Assembly: GCA_018814875.1 (NCBI GenBank)
Contig: JAHIYH010000041.1
Coordinates: forward strand, 13,958-77,957
Direction of reading: 5' to 3'
Source of the DNA: Patescibacteria group bacterium
Lineage (GTDB): Bacteria; Patescibacteriota; Gracilibacteria; Peribacterales; Peribacteraceae
Length of the DNA: 64,000 nucleotides
Shown: one piece after another, positions 19,120 through 29,273 of the stretch
How the letters are laid out: each line of letters opens with the position of its first letter
How positions within the stretch are numbered: position 1 is the first letter of the stretch
Made by a program: the position numbers and the translations under genes
The notes under the pieces: generated by a model
The model's database searches: none
What the model was told of the DNA's origin: nothing
The model's input: only the letters and a program-made list of their open reading frames with translations

Positions 19120-19727
19120 TCAACCGCCGGCATCATCTCCCCATCTTCCTCTGTAGAAGCAGCTTCCACAGTTTGTACTGCTTTTGCTTCTGCAATGTGT
19201 CTAGGAATAACAGCATCGATGGCGCCCCATTGTGCTTCGCCTTCATCTGGAAGAAGAATAGTGACTTGGTCACCAACTTCTGCGCGATAAAAAGTAACAG
19301 AAGCGAGGAGGACACGATAAGCCTTTGAGCTTGTAAGAACTTTGTATTGTCCATCTTCTTGGATTAAGACTCCTACAATTGTTTTGCGTTCGGTTGGTGC
19401 AATCTGTTTATACATAAACTTCCCTTCGTCCGTAATGGTCAATTTCATACCATCTCCTTCTACCAGTTTGCTTTTGGATGCATAGTTGGCAGGGATGGGA
19501 TACGTCTCACCATTCCCGTCCACCATGTTTTGTCCGTCAAATATACCTTCTACTACTTTGCCACTTACTACACCGCTAGAAGACATCGATTCTGCTCTCG
19601 TCATAATGCGTTCGCGATCTGTATCAGATATACCTGTCATATCACGCATAAGTGCGTATGCTGTTTTGAGAGAGGACATCGCGCTATCAATGAGCTCTTG
19701 GACATGTATGAGTTTATCGTCTGACAT
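19116..19727 (-). CDS. Conserved hypothetical protein (CPR-type)
   Basis: VEGIFDGQNM, YPIPANYASKSKLVEGD, YRVLLASVTF resemble a family I recall from CPR genomes. Confidence 0.75.
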   Translation of the reverse strand: MSDDKLIHVQELIDSAMSSLKTAYALMRDMTGISDTDRERIMTRAESMSSSGVVSGKVVEGIFDGQNMVDGNGETYPIPANYASKSKLVEGDGMKLTITDEGKFMYKQIAPTERKTIVGVLIQEDGQYKVLTSSKAYRVLLASVTFYRAEVGDQVTILLPDEGEAQWGAIDAVIPRHIAEAKAVQTVEAASTEEDGEMMPAVE

Positions 19728-19738
19728 AAGTATGTGTG

Positions 19739-19830
19739 AGAATGTAGAATTTAGAATTAAGAATGCAGAATTGGAGACGTAAATGTTTCGAGTGAAGAAT
19801 TCTTAATTCTTAATTTTGAATTCTTAATTT
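19739..19830. repeat. Inverted pair of AAGAATT/AATTCTT arrays; related arrays at 30425-30468 and 53955-54087
   Basis: Seen directly. Confidence 0.85.
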
Positions 19831-19878
19831 CGGTATGTTTAGGGGGTGCATACATGGCTTACCTTTTAGGGAAACGTA

Positions 19879-20874
19879 TTAGAGCGGGCGAACATTCACA
19901 GCGAGATTTGTTTGTGCTAGTTTTTCCTTTATCTCGGTGTCTGTGAGTAATCCTGCTTGGGCGCCAATGGCACCAACCACACTTGTTGCATTTATAGTAC
20001 CGGCCTTTACGGCAGTCAGCAAGTCTTCTCCGTTCAAAAGTGCCCAAGTGGCTCCTGTTCCAAATGCATCTCCTGCACCAGTAGTGTCTATGACGGTCGC
20101 ATCGATAATTGCCGGACAGTGATAGAGATTCTTCCCATCCGAGGCGATGGTTCCTTCCTTCCCTTGTGTAATGCACACGTTCTTTGCTCCGATTGAAAGC
20201 ATTGTTCGTATGGCATCATCTATAGAATCTGTTTTGGTGAATTGTAATGCTTCTTCATTGTTCAATAAGACTAAGTCCGTATGCGAGAGGAGATTCTTGT
20301 TGTTAGGTGCAGAGAGACCTTCATCAAGCTGACAACCTCCGGGATTCCAAGTGAACCGAGGCTCCTTTTCATTTGCTAGCATCTCTATGATGTCGTCTTG
20401 GATTACGCAGCTGTCTTCTTGAATGTGATTGAGATACACCCAATTCATTTTTCCTATCACATCCTTATTAAAGTTGGCGTCATGCAAGTGAACGTTAGTT
20501 CCAGGAGTGTAGAGGATCACACGCTCACCATTCTCTGTGGAAAGAATGATAGAAAAACTAGAGATCTCATTTTCTACAATGGTTGCACAATCGATGTTCA
20601 CTCCTTCCTTCTTCAAATTCTCGAGCAACTTTTCTCCCCATTGGTCAGAACTAATCACGCCACAGAATCCTGCGGAGCATCCCAAACGTGCTAGTCCAAC
20701 AGATGAGTTTGATGCACCTCCGCCACAAGTTTCAATCACTTCTTCTACACGTACTTTTGACCCCAAAGGAAGTGCGATTGATTTCTTAGTATCACACTCA
20801 TGAATTAAATCTTCCGTAGTTCGTACGAAGAGATCGTAAGTAGCGCCTCCGATTGACATGGTCTTCGATTTCAT
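19879..20874 (-). CDS. PfkB family carbohydrate kinase
   Basis: GGGASNSSVGLARLG, DTTGAGDAF. Confidence 0.93.
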   Translation of the reverse strand: MKSKTMSIGGATYDLFVRTTEDLIHECDTKKSIALPLGSKVRVEEVIETCGGGASNSSVGLARLGCSAGFCGVISSDQWGEKLLENLKKEGVNIDCATIVENEISSFSIILSTENGERVILYTPGTNVHLHDANFNKDVIGKMNWVYLNHIQEDSCVIQDDIIEMLANEKEPRFTWNPGGCQLDEGLSAPNNKNLLSHTDLVLLNNEEALQFTKTDSIDDAIRTMLSIGAKNVCITQGKEGTIASDGKNLYHCPAIIDATVIDTTGAGDAFGTGATWALLNGEDLLTAVKAGTINATSVVGAIGAQAGLLTDTEIKEKLAQTNLAVNVRPL

Positions 20875-20911
20875 GAGTTGTCTTGAGTTGTAGGACGTTA
20901 TTATTTTAGCG

Positions 20912-20993
20912 GATTGTTCCATTGTTCCATTGTTCCATTGTTAAACGCTTGAAGCTCGCTTGCGAACAATGAGGCAATGGAGCAATGGAACAA
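20912..20993. repeat. Inverted pair of ATTGTTCC/GGAACAAT 8-mer arrays; family also at 52300-52376 and 55439-55462
   Basis: Seen directly. Confidence 0.85.
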
Positions 20994-21031
20994 TTTTTCA
21001 GATCTTAGCCACAGTATAGAGCAAACTGATT

Positions 21032-23500
21032 TCATCCATGACGTTGGTATTGGGATTCCATCTGTTTCATAAAATCAAATGTCATTTTTAATGTCCGTCT
21101 GCGATGCCAATTTAGTAGCAAGAATACTCCGGCTATACTCATGGCAATCCATACAGGAAGTGGAAGACCTTCCGAAGAAAGTGCTGGTGCGCCTTCATGT
21201 AAATTTGTAGGCGGAGGTGTTGGTGTAGATGGTTCTGTAGGAAGTACATTATCAGGAACAGGATTTGCAGGTGTAGGAATAAAGCCTCCAACAGATGAGT
21301 TTGGTGTCCCCGATCCTTTTGCAGCTAAGTCATGCAATACATTTCCAGTTGTCGTCACAGGGGTTAAGCGCAAATAGTATGTAATATCATTGAGCAAGTT
21401 GCGCAGACTATAGGCTCGCAATTCTCCGCTGATGGTGCGCTGTTCCGTAAACGTGTCTGGATCCACTCCGTATTCAAATAGGTAAGAAGCGAGTGGAGTT
21501 TCTTGTGCAGGGTTGCCCCATTCTACAAAGAGAGTGCCGTCTTGTTCGGTAATACTGAGAGCAAAGCCAAGAGCCATTACTTCTATGACTTCACTTTTAT
21601 TGGCGCTTTCTCTATCACCTTGCAATGCAGTGACTGCAAAGTAGTACGTTTTGCCAGGGGTTAATCCTGCGACGGTTGCTGCTGCCGTTGCACGGTCGGT
21701 GTCTAGTGTGTACAGGAAGTCGTTTGGATTCTCTCCAACGTAAATTCGGTATGTATCGACACGCTCTTCGGTGACAGGGTCCCATGTTAGTGATACAGAA
21801 CCAGTTTTTGGTTCGGCTTGAACGTTGAGTACCTGCGTAAGGCTTTTGGGCTTCACTACAAAGTTACTGCGCACCTCCGTTTCATTACCGGCATGATCGA
21901 TTGATGTGATAATTGGTTGATTTGTTCCTTCTTCTTCTGCTGTGAAGGATAGTGTGAAGGCGCCGGATTGTGTGGTATCTGCAACAAGTTCGAATTCTTC
22001 CTTATCAAGTTTCATGATTACACTAATTACGTCTTTATCTGTTTCTACTTCTAACTTAACGATCTCATCCACTTCAGGATCAATTGGATTGAATGTGATT
22101 GTTTTGATTTCGGGTGGGATACTATCCAAGATTAGGTGCATATTTCCGGAATCTGATCGACCGCTCTCGTCACGAACACGAAGAGTGTGATCTGTCTGTT
22201 CAGGATTGAGAGAGATTTCGATGGCAAAGTTTCCGTCTTGGTCTGTTTCATCTTGTACGTCCTTGGTTCCACCAGTAACAATAAGGTTCACGAATGGAGG
22301 TCCTTTCCCTTCAATAGTGATTGTTTCGGAGCCGATGAAGCTATCATTTTTATGAGATGTAATGGTGATGTTTGGTTTTGTGGAGGTAGGGTCTCCCATT
22401 ACATTTATCATAACCTGTTCGTTCACATTTGGGTTGGTGCTGTCTTCTACATTAAGGATGTGTTCGCCAGGTGTACGGAATCTGAGACCTAACGTGAGTA
22501 CTTTTTCTCCTAGGTTCTGTGGCATAAATTGAACGCTTCCTTCCAAGGGTAGCATTGCAGTTGGATCTGTGGACGAAAGCAGAACCATTCCAGTGTAATC
22601 TTCTACACGCTGTCCGTTTCTATCAACTGCAGTGATGCGAATTGTAGCGTCTTCGTTCACGCGCAATTCTTGACGCACTTCCAGAATAAAACCATCAACC
22701 ACGTCAAAATCATTTAACTGACCGTAAAGTGTGCGGCCCATTACTGAGCCAACCATGCGGCTGCTGTAGGGTGTAGGGGGTTGGGCGTAGGGCGTAGGGG
22801 CGTAGACTGGGGCGTAGGAAGTTGGAGCGTAGGAAGGTGTTGGGTAATACTGTTGAGTAGGGTATCCACCCATGCTTGCACCAGCCTGCAATGTGAGAGT
22901 TGTTTCGAGCAGCTTTCCGCTAAGCAGATCCATTGTACGTAGCGAGATCGTTCCGGGCTCAAAGGTTGTTATATCAAACTGTTGTTCACCACTTGCATCT
23001 GTCTCGTTTGTAAGAGAGCTGACAGTGTCTGATGGACGACTTGAGATGAGTTCAATTGGTCTGCTAGCAAGTGTGTTACCAAACTGGTCGCGCAAAATAA
23101 CAATGACACGTGCACGGTCTTGTCCGTCTGGCTGAATAAATTGACTAGTTGATTGCATAGAACTATTCAGTACATCGATAGTATCCGGAAGCACTGTAAA
23201 AGTTGTTTGAGCGATTGTTTCATCTCTCGTTACAACTTCTACTTCATAAACTCCGGCAATCTCTGTTTCGGATCCTGCGAGTGTAATCACTTCAGAATCG
23301 TTGAGTGGCAGGATCAGTTCTGCTCCATAAGGAGGGTACACTATCAGTTCTGCCTCAGGTGTTGCACCCACACCATTTACATTTATTTCTGTGCCTAAGC
23401 CCGCGACTGTATCGCTTACAACAATCTCCGCTGCACTGAGTGCAGGAAGGGGAGCGAGTAAACTCACTATCATCGCGATCATTTGAATTTTTGTTTTCAT
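21032..23500 (-). CDS. Surface protein with Ig-like (Big) and fibronectin type III domains and C-terminal TM anchor
   Basis: Signal peptide; LRDQFGN; SLTWDP..YRIY..GLTPGKTYYFAVTA; C-terminal TM plus basic tail. Confidence 0.85.
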   Translation of the reverse strand: MKTKIQMIAMIVSLLAPLPALSAAEIVVSDTVAGLGTEINVNGVGATPEAELIVYPPYGAELILPLNDSEVITLAGSETEIAGVYEVEVVTRDETIAQTTFTVLPDTIDVLNSSMQSTSQFIQPDGQDRARVIVILRDQFGNTLASRPIELISSRPSDTVSSLTNETDASGEQQFDITTFEPGTISLRTMDLLSGKLLETTLTLQAGASMGGYPTQQYYPTPSYAPTSYAPVYAPTPYAQPPTPYSSRMVGSVMGRTLYGQLNDFDVVDGFILEVRQELRVNEDATIRITAVDRNGQRVEDYTGMVLLSSTDPTAMLPLEGSVQFMPQNLGEKVLTLGLRFRTPGEHILNVEDSTNPNVNEQVMINVMGDPTSTKPNITITSHKNDSFIGSETITIEGKGPPFVNLIVTGGTKDVQDETDQDGNFAIEISLNPEQTDHTLRVRDESGRSDSGNMHLILDSIPPEIKTITFNPIDPEVDEIVKLEVETDKDVISVIMKLDKEEFELVADTTQSGAFTLSFTAEEEGTNQPIITSIDHAGNETEVRSNFVVKPKSLTQVLNVQAEPKTGSVSLTWDPVTEERVDTYRIYVGENPNDFLYTLDTDRATAAATVAGLTPGKTYYFAVTALQGDRESANKSEVIEVMALGFALSITEQDGTLFVEWGNPAQETPLASYLFEYGVDPDTFTEQRTISGELRAYSLRNLLNDITYYLRLTPVTTTGNVLHDLAAKGSGTPNSSVGGFIPTPANPVPDNVLPTEPSTPTPPPTNLHEGAPALSSEGLPLPVWIAMSIAGVFLLLNWHRRRTLKMTFDFMKQMESQYQRHG

Positions 23501-23527
23501 AGTTCGAGTAGTTCTAAGGGGGGTGGA

Positions 23528-23698
23528 CTCACTACAAGTAGTTCGATTAGTTTTAGGTGGGTATCTCACTACAAGTAGTTCGATTAGTTTTAGGTGGGTA
23601 TCTCACTACAAGTAGTTCGATTAGTTTTAGGTGGGTATCTCACTACAAGTAGTTCGAGAGGATTTGTTACTAGTAGTTCGAGAGACTCTCACTACAAG
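23528..23698. repeat. Tandem array: 3 perfect 37-bp units plus degenerate units, each a TGAG/CGAA-type REP-like hairpin on the minus strand
   Basis: ctcactacaagtagttcgattagttttaggtgggtat at 23528, 23565 and 23602. Confidence 0.9.
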
Positions 23699-23915
23699 TA
23701 GATTTGATATGATTCACTACAAGTGAATTCCCCTTATATTAGCAGAAAACGTGATTTTGCTCAATCCTATAGAGGTATTTATGCAACAAGAATGGGCAAG
23801 TGTCTACTTCATGTCCCATGAGCGTCTCGCTCATGGCTGTTCTTTTTTCCATTGCTATTGCCAGTTTCTGAAAAATTATTTCGCTCTAACGATTTTCACT
23901 GTAGGATACCCACCA

Positions 23916-24479
23916 ATGTACAAGTTTCTACTTCCGTTTTTTACTTTGGCATTCCTTCTCACAGCTTGTGGTGGAGGTGGTTCTTCCAAAGTTGAATGTG
24001 ATAAAGAATATTGGGATGGCACGGTAGGTACTTGTTTGCCTGTGGGATGGATTGTGATAGATCGCGAGACGCTTCGGCAGCGTGGCGTTCCGGACGAGAC
24101 ACTTACAGCTTTTCGATCAGAAGAATCAGTCTCCGGACAGTTTCCGTCAATTTCTATTACACAGGAACGTTTGACATCCAAGATTGATGCAAAAAGTTAC
24201 AGTGAAGCGAGTATACGATCCGTTAGCACATTGCCCGGTTATACATTGGTCGATTCACCTTCTGTAAAAATTGATGGGGAAGAAGTTGCTATGCATATCT
24301 TCTCGGCACAGCCTGTAGAAAATGAGCCAGCTAGAAGGTTCTATCAAGTGAGTACTATTAGTGGAGATATGGGATATACCGTCACCGCTTCAGCTCCGTT
24401 TTTTGTAGAGAAAGATTTGGAGGATGCAATAAAGTTTATTTTGGAGAGTGCGACGTTTGAGGCACCGGCTGAGGGCTAG
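23916..24479 (+). CDS. Lipoprotein, possibly PsbP/DcrB-like fold
   Basis: Lipobox LLTAC; LPVGW; start set at MYKFLL. Confidence 0.75.
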   Translation: MYKFLLPFFTLAFLLTACGGGGSSKVECDKEYWDGTVGTCLPVGWIVIDRETLRQRGVPDETLTAFRSEESVSGQFPSISITQERLTSKIDAKSYSEASIRSVSTLPGYTLVDSPSVKIDGEEVAMHIFSAQPVENEPARRFYQVSTISGDMGYTVTASAPFFVEKDLEDAIKFILESATFEAPAEG

Positions 24480-24536
24480 GGCTGGGGCTGGGGCTGGGGC
24501 TGGGGTTGGGGTTAGGGTTAGGGGCTAGGGCTAGGG
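24473..24536 (+). repeat. G-rich GGGGCT/GGGTTA array starting at the stop codon
   Basis: About 10 G-tracts seen directly. Confidence 0.9.
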
Positions 24537-24663
24537 AATGCTTTTCTTTAAGGGAAATCTTTTCTATGCTGGTAGATGTAACTTAAGGTGCCGTAGCCAA
24601 GTAGTCCTTCGACAGGCTCAGGACTATCGCAGATTGTTCATTCTTCAGATTATTATCTTCATT

Positions 24664-24738
24664 GGTGCCGTAGCCAAGTAGTAAGGCAGAGGTCTGCAAA
24701 ACCTCCATTCGCGGGTGCAATTCCCGCCGGCACCTCCA
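24664..24738 (+). tRNA. tRNA-Cys (GCA)
   Basis: Cloverleaf GGTGCCG/CGGCACC; anticodon loop CT-GCA-AA; U73; encoded CCA. Confidence 0.95.
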
Positions 24739-24877
24739 GAATTCTTAAGCATGCACAAACAGACTTGAATTCAATAGCCTGCAGATAGGCCATGAGTTTA
24801 GTCGAATGGCCGGCACCTCCATTGACATCAGTAATATATTATGATTATATGAGACCATACTTTTTCGATATTTCAAT

Positions 24878-25174
24878 ATGTCTGAAAATCCTTACCAAGA
24901 CGAGCTTAGTGCGAATATCCAGCAACTTATTGGTGCCATTAAGGAAACAGAAGGGAAAGGGTCAATTGGAGGATCTTTGAATAGGGGACTCACTGTTGGT
25001 ATGATTACGGAATCGGATGAAGTTGATACAAGACAGGCACAGCTCATAGACCAATTTTATGCATTATTTAATTCCAAAGTCCAAGATCCAGAAGCTCAGA
25101 TGGCAATAATTGATGCTGTCAGAAATAGTACGTTGTCAGAGCAATTACAGTTTATGCTTGCAGGGCCATTTTAG
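24878..25174 (+). CDS. Hypothetical protein
   Basis: 98-aa ORF downstream of the tRNA. Confidence 0.55.
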   Translation: MSENPYQDELSANIQQLIGAIKETEGKGSIGGSLNRGLTVGMITESDEVDTRQAQLIDQFYALFNSKVQDPEAQMAIIDAVRNSTLSEQLQFMLAGPF

Positions 25175-25245
25175 TAATAATTTGTGGTATTTGATAAATA
25201 CCTAGTTTTATACTATAATATACACATAAATACACATCCTTCATT

Positions 25246-25839
25246 ATGACAAACAATCAAACAGGAATCGGAATTTGTGGAGTGGTCGTAGGCATGATAA
25301 TTGGTGCCGGAGCAATTGTGTACACACAGCATTACTCTGTGGTTGCACACCTAGCAGGTTCCATTATAGGAGAAGAGTTTCTTGTGGCATTTAGAGGAAT
25401 AGATCCTCCGCTCGGAAGTGAATACAAGCGTCGGTCTATCAGCGTGTCTAACCGTACAACTAATGTATCTAAAATTGTAACTGAACCGCGCTATCCACTT
25501 TCTCCAACAAAGGTACAACCTACTGTGGTTGTGGACAGTAAATGTGCAGAAAAGATGCGTGTGGTTTCCCAGATGCGTGAGGTTGCAAAACGAATTATTC
25601 CTACAACTTATCAGTACATTCAGCTCTCCAATCAGATTGCAGCGGCATTAGATAGTGCTTCGCAGGATTGTAAACCGGTTGTGATACAAGAGCAGGCTAT
25701 GACAAGTTCTGCTGTTACTCCTGTAAAACCTAAGCCACGTGTAAATAATCACTGTGAGCAATATGACAAGCAGTCGCAACGCTATACTCGCTGTTTGGTG
25801 AATGAACGTGAGGGACAGAGGTATGTGGGGAAACAATAA
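25246..25839 (+). CDS. Hypothetical membrane-anchored protein with paired cysteines
   Basis: N-terminal TM segment; TATAAT upstream. Confidence 0.65.
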   Translation: MTNNQTGIGICGVVVGMIIGAGAIVYTQHYSVVAHLAGSIIGEEFLVAFRGIDPPLGSEYKRRSISVSNRTTNVSKIVTEPRYPLSPTKVQPTVVVDSKCAEKMRVVSQMREVAKRIIPTTYQYIQLSNQIAAALDSASQDCKPVVIQEQAMTSSAVTPVKPKPRVNNHCEQYDKQSQRYTRCLVNEREGQRYVGKQ

Positions 25840-26000
25840 AAAGGGGAAAAGTGGAAAGTGAAAGGGGAAAAGGGAAAGCTTTCCCCTTGCCCTTTAAACT
25901 TTTCAGTTTTTTCGTAAAAGCCACATCAAGTGTTTTCTTCGCATTTTTCTTGCGTATTGATCTATGGAGCGGTTTTATAGAGTACTTTTCACTAATTCTT

Positions 26001-26390
26001 ATGTCAGAAAAGCTTCCTCAGCGCGAGCGTAAACTTTTGGTCCTTGATGATAAAGCACGAGTAAAAGTTGAAGAATCCTATGGTGATCCACTTTATTCAT
26101 ATGAGCAGCGTCATAGTGTTATGGCCAATTTCATTGGTCCCCTGATGCGGCTTGGTCCTAGTATTATGATAAGTGATATCAAAACACACACACTTACTGC
26201 TGTGATTAGCGGGACTAGAAAAGATCTAGATAATGTACTTAAGCATTTTCAAGAATGCCCAGACGAAGGATGGATGGAAAATCTATTAAATTACGATGAT
26301 GAATTAGGAGCTACCCAAACGTCAGAGCCTTACGCCTCTATCTCGCAAAGCGAGACTACGGTGGACAAGCCGGAACTATCCGAAGGTTAA
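26001..26390 (+). CDS. Hypothetical protein
   Basis: Start set at MSEKLPQ; the upstream extension is repeat-derived. Confidence 0.5.
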   Translation: MSEKLPQRERKLLVLDDKARVKVEESYGDPLYSYEQRHSVMANFIGPLMRLGPSIMISDIKTHTLTAVISGTRKDLDNVLKHFQECPDEGWMENLLNYDDELGATQTSEPYASISQSETTVDKPELSEG

Positions 26391-27629
26391 TGCTTCGGGG
26401 GCGAATATAAGCAAGATTCCAAGTGCATACATAAGGAACCCGCCGAAGACGAGAGTGAAGCGGGCGTACTTTGAGGTGAGTCCGGTTGCATGAAGTGTGT
26501 ATACAGCAATCGCGAAAATCATGAAGTCGTCAATCATGTAGAGCAGGATGTAGAGTGCCATGTAGCTATAACGTGCAATGATGCTCACATCATTGAATGC
26601 CAGAATCTGTGTGAAGACTGCCGGAAGACCTGCGGTGCATACCAGCTCGATCAGATTTACAGAGAAGGCGAGTATCGCGACTCCAATTATCATCGCGGGC
26701 CATGCGGAGATCTTCATAACCTCCTTCATCTTTGCGATAGTCTTCTGGCGTTGTGACATGTTTGTAACTTGGCATTCATTTGGATTCTTTCCGAATGCTT
26801 CGTAGAAGTAGAAGCCTCCTCCTCCTATAGCTACGATTCCAATAATCTTCTGAACCCATAGGTTGTATCCAATAAGCAGGAATGCATTAAGCCATGCAGC
26901 AATGAAGAAGTAATACACCGCACCACTTACAAATAGGAACGTTCCACCGATCACCCAAACCTTCTTCATATCCTTTGTGCTGATAAGAAGTGTGAGTAGC
27001 GTGATTAAAACCCACATCGCACACGGATTAAATCCGTCTAGGAATCCGAGCAAAACCGAGAGAGCGGGGAGTGACATAAGTGTCAGATCAACCTTTCCCA
27101 AGATTGGAAGGTCAAAGACGTATTTATCCAGATCCACTTCGCATCCGTCTTCGCAAATTCCTTCCGATGATTGCACTTCAACATGGATATCGCTTTCCAG
27201 AAATTCGTTGAATGGTTGGCATCCTTCATTTGAATCTTGGCACCTTTTTAGTAGGAAGTTCATCAATTGTCCGGTTGTCTCGTGACTTTTGTATCCTTGA
27301 ATTACATTCTGATTAATGATTGTTGTTGGTACTCCTTGGTTTAAACCTAGTGCACGTTCTTGTAATTTTGCAAATAGCTTCTGAGTTTCAACTTCTGTAA
27401 TTTCGTGATATTCAATTTCCCATTCCTGAAGTTTGGCATACTCCTTTAGGTCTTTGCAGTGTGGGCAGTCTTTACTCACAAATACGACAATGTCTGCTCC
27501 TGTGTTCGAGATATATATACTATCGTCTGTGTCCTTTACTCCATCAAAAGCTCTATCAGGAAAGATGATCCCGAGTGCGACAACTGGGACAAGTGCAAGG
27601 CCGATAAAGAAGAGGAGACGTTTGTTCAT
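26376..27629 (-). CDS. Glutaredoxin-like domain fused to a DsbD/CcdA-like membrane domain
   Basis: CPHC, GVPT, DGFNPCAMWVL, ELVCTAGLP. Confidence 0.85.
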   Translation of the reverse strand: MNKRLLFFIGLALVPVVALGIIFPDRAFDGVKDTDDSIYISNTGADIVVFVSKDCPHCKDLKEYAKLQEWEIEYHEITEVETQKLFAKLQERALGLNQGVPTTIINQNVIQGYKSHETTGQLMNFLLKRCQDSNEGCQPFNEFLESDIHVEVQSSEGICEDGCEVDLDKYVFDLPILGKVDLTLMSLPALSVLLGFLDGFNPCAMWVLITLLTLLISTKDMKKVWVIGGTFLFVSGAVYYFFIAAWLNAFLLIGYNLWVQKIIGIVAIGGGGFYFYEAFGKNPNECQVTNMSQRQKTIAKMKEVMKISAWPAMIIGVAILAFSVNLIELVCTAGLPAVFTQILAFNDVSIIARYSYMALYILLYMIDDFMIFAIAVYTLHATGLTSKYARFTLVFGGFLMYALGILLIFAPEALTFG

Positions 27630-27742
27630 AATCTGTGTGAGTTCGCCTATTCTATCAGTAAATAATTCGGTGGAGAAAATAGATTATACGTTTTTTGTTT
27701 GATATGAATGTTATTCTTTTTTGAAAGATCAAAAAAGAACCA

Positions 27743-27789
27743 TCCTTCGACAGTTCGATGATACTCACTGCAGGCAAGCTCAGGACAAG
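27743..27789 (-). repeat. Nested TGAG/CGAA REP-like element
   Basis: Minus strand: CTTG-TCC-TGAG-CTTG[CCTGCAG-TGAG-tatca-TCGAA-CT]G-TCGAA-GGA. Confidence 0.75.
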
Positions 27790-28114
27790 AAAAAAATCGT
27801 TGGCAAACGCAGACTCGCTCGTCGCATAACGCTTCTCTTACAGTGTAGCTCGGCAGAGACGAGTTATATTATGGTCTCGCCATATCTGCTCGCGTTTACA
27901 TTTGCATATAGCGTAAGCTCCTCGCTTTAGCCTTCGTTATGCTCATGCGGTACTACGGCCGACAGGCAAACAAATGCATTTGCCATTTCGTTTCTCTCGT
28001 ATTTATGCCCGTTTAAGCTAGCCCCTAGCTGCCTAGTGCCTAGCCCCTATGGTCGCCTAGTCCCTAATTCTTCCTTGCCATGAGCAGCTTTTTTGGTACA
28101 ATGCCCGAAATATC

Positions 28115-29194
28115 ATGACAACCCATTCAGCACACTCAGGGCAAGATGAATCACCAATACTTCCGGCATCTAAAAACCCCCAAGATTTTGTGATTGCGAC
28201 ACTTGGAAGCCACTCAGCATTGCAAATACTCAAGGGTGCTAAGGATGAAGGTATTAAGACGCTTGCTATCTGCAAGAAAGGATCAGAGAGACCTTATAAG
28301 GCTTATCCAGTGGCAGATGAGATAATTACTTTGGATAGCTTTGACGCATGGGACGATCAGTTAGAAGAGGAGTTAATCAAGCGTAATGCGATCGTCATTC
28401 CACACGGATCATTCATTGCTTACATGGGGCACGATCGGGTTAAGAAGATGAAGACAATGTATTATGGGACTAAAGAGATTCTGGAATGGGAATCTGATCG
28501 CAAAAAAGAGCGGATTTGGCTAGAGAAAGCTGGACTTAAGCTTCCTAAGGTTTACGAAAAACCAGAGGACATAGATAAGCCGGTGATTGTGAAATTCCAT
28601 GGAGCGGGTGGGGGATTTGGATACTTCATTGCGAGGACACCAGAGCAATTCTACGAAGTTAAGAATCGCAAGTATCCAGATCAGAATGACTTTGTGCTTC
28701 AGGAATATGTAGTGGGAGTTCCGCTTTATATTCATTACTTTTACTCACCCATTACCAAAGAGTTGGAGATTCTTAGTTTTGATAAACGCTACGAATCCAA
28801 TGCAGACTCCATCGGGCGAATTAAAGCAGAGGACCAATTGGCAGCCAATATTCACACTAGTTACACGATTGTCGGAAACATTCCGGTAGTTGTGCGTGAG
28901 TCATTACTTCCACAAATGTTTGAGATGGGAGATAGAGTTGTAGAAACCAGTAAAGAAATCTGTGGCGGGAAAGGTCTCTTCGGGCCGTTCTGTCTGGAGA
29001 CAATCGTCACACGCAAACTGGAAGTTTTGGTATTCGAAATAAGTGCGAGAATTGTGGCAGGAACGAATCCGTTCATTGAAGGATCGCCTTACACCGCACT
29101 TAAATATGATGAACCAATGAGCACAGGGCGAAGATTGGTGAGGGATATTAAACAAGCGATTGAGGCTGGTCGGCTGGAAGATGTTCTGGGATGA
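28115..29194 (+). CDS. purP: PurP-like ATP-grasp enzyme (FAICAR synthetase family), copy 1
   Basis: IATLGSHSALQILKGAKDEG, PHGSF, GPFCLE, FEISARIVAGTN, MSTGRR. Confidence 0.9.
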   Translation: MTTHSAHSGQDESPILPASKNPQDFVIATLGSHSALQILKGAKDEGIKTLAICKKGSERPYKAYPVADEIITLDSFDAWDDQLEEELIKRNAIVIPHGSFIAYMGHDRVKKMKTMYYGTKEILEWESDRKKERIWLEKAGLKLPKVYEKPEDIDKPVIVKFHGAGGGFGYFIARTPEQFYEVKNRKYPDQNDFVLQEYVVGVPLYIHYFYSPITKELEILSFDKRYESNADSIGRIKAEDQLAANIHTSYTIVGNIPVVVRESLLPQMFEMGDRVVETSKEICGGKGLFGPFCLETIVTRKLEVLVFEISARIVAGTNPFIEGSPYTALKYDEPMSTGRRLVRDIKQAIEAGRLEDVLG

Positions 29195-29197
29195 TCA

Positions 29198-29241
29198 TTA
29201 CTTCGTTTATTCGTTATTTCGTTACTTCGTTACTTCGTTAA
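29198..29241. repeat. TTCGTTAC 8-mer array; inverted pairs of this family at 32196-32281, 42720-42785 and 51654-51728
   Basis: Seen directly. Confidence 0.88.
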
Positions 29242-29273
29242 CTCATACCTCATTTTCCTTTACAATATCATCA

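Noticed and set aside
23528..23698. CRISPR array
   Set aside because: The apparent spacers are identical 18-mers, the unit is only 37 bp, there are no cas genes, and the units match the REP-like hairpin family
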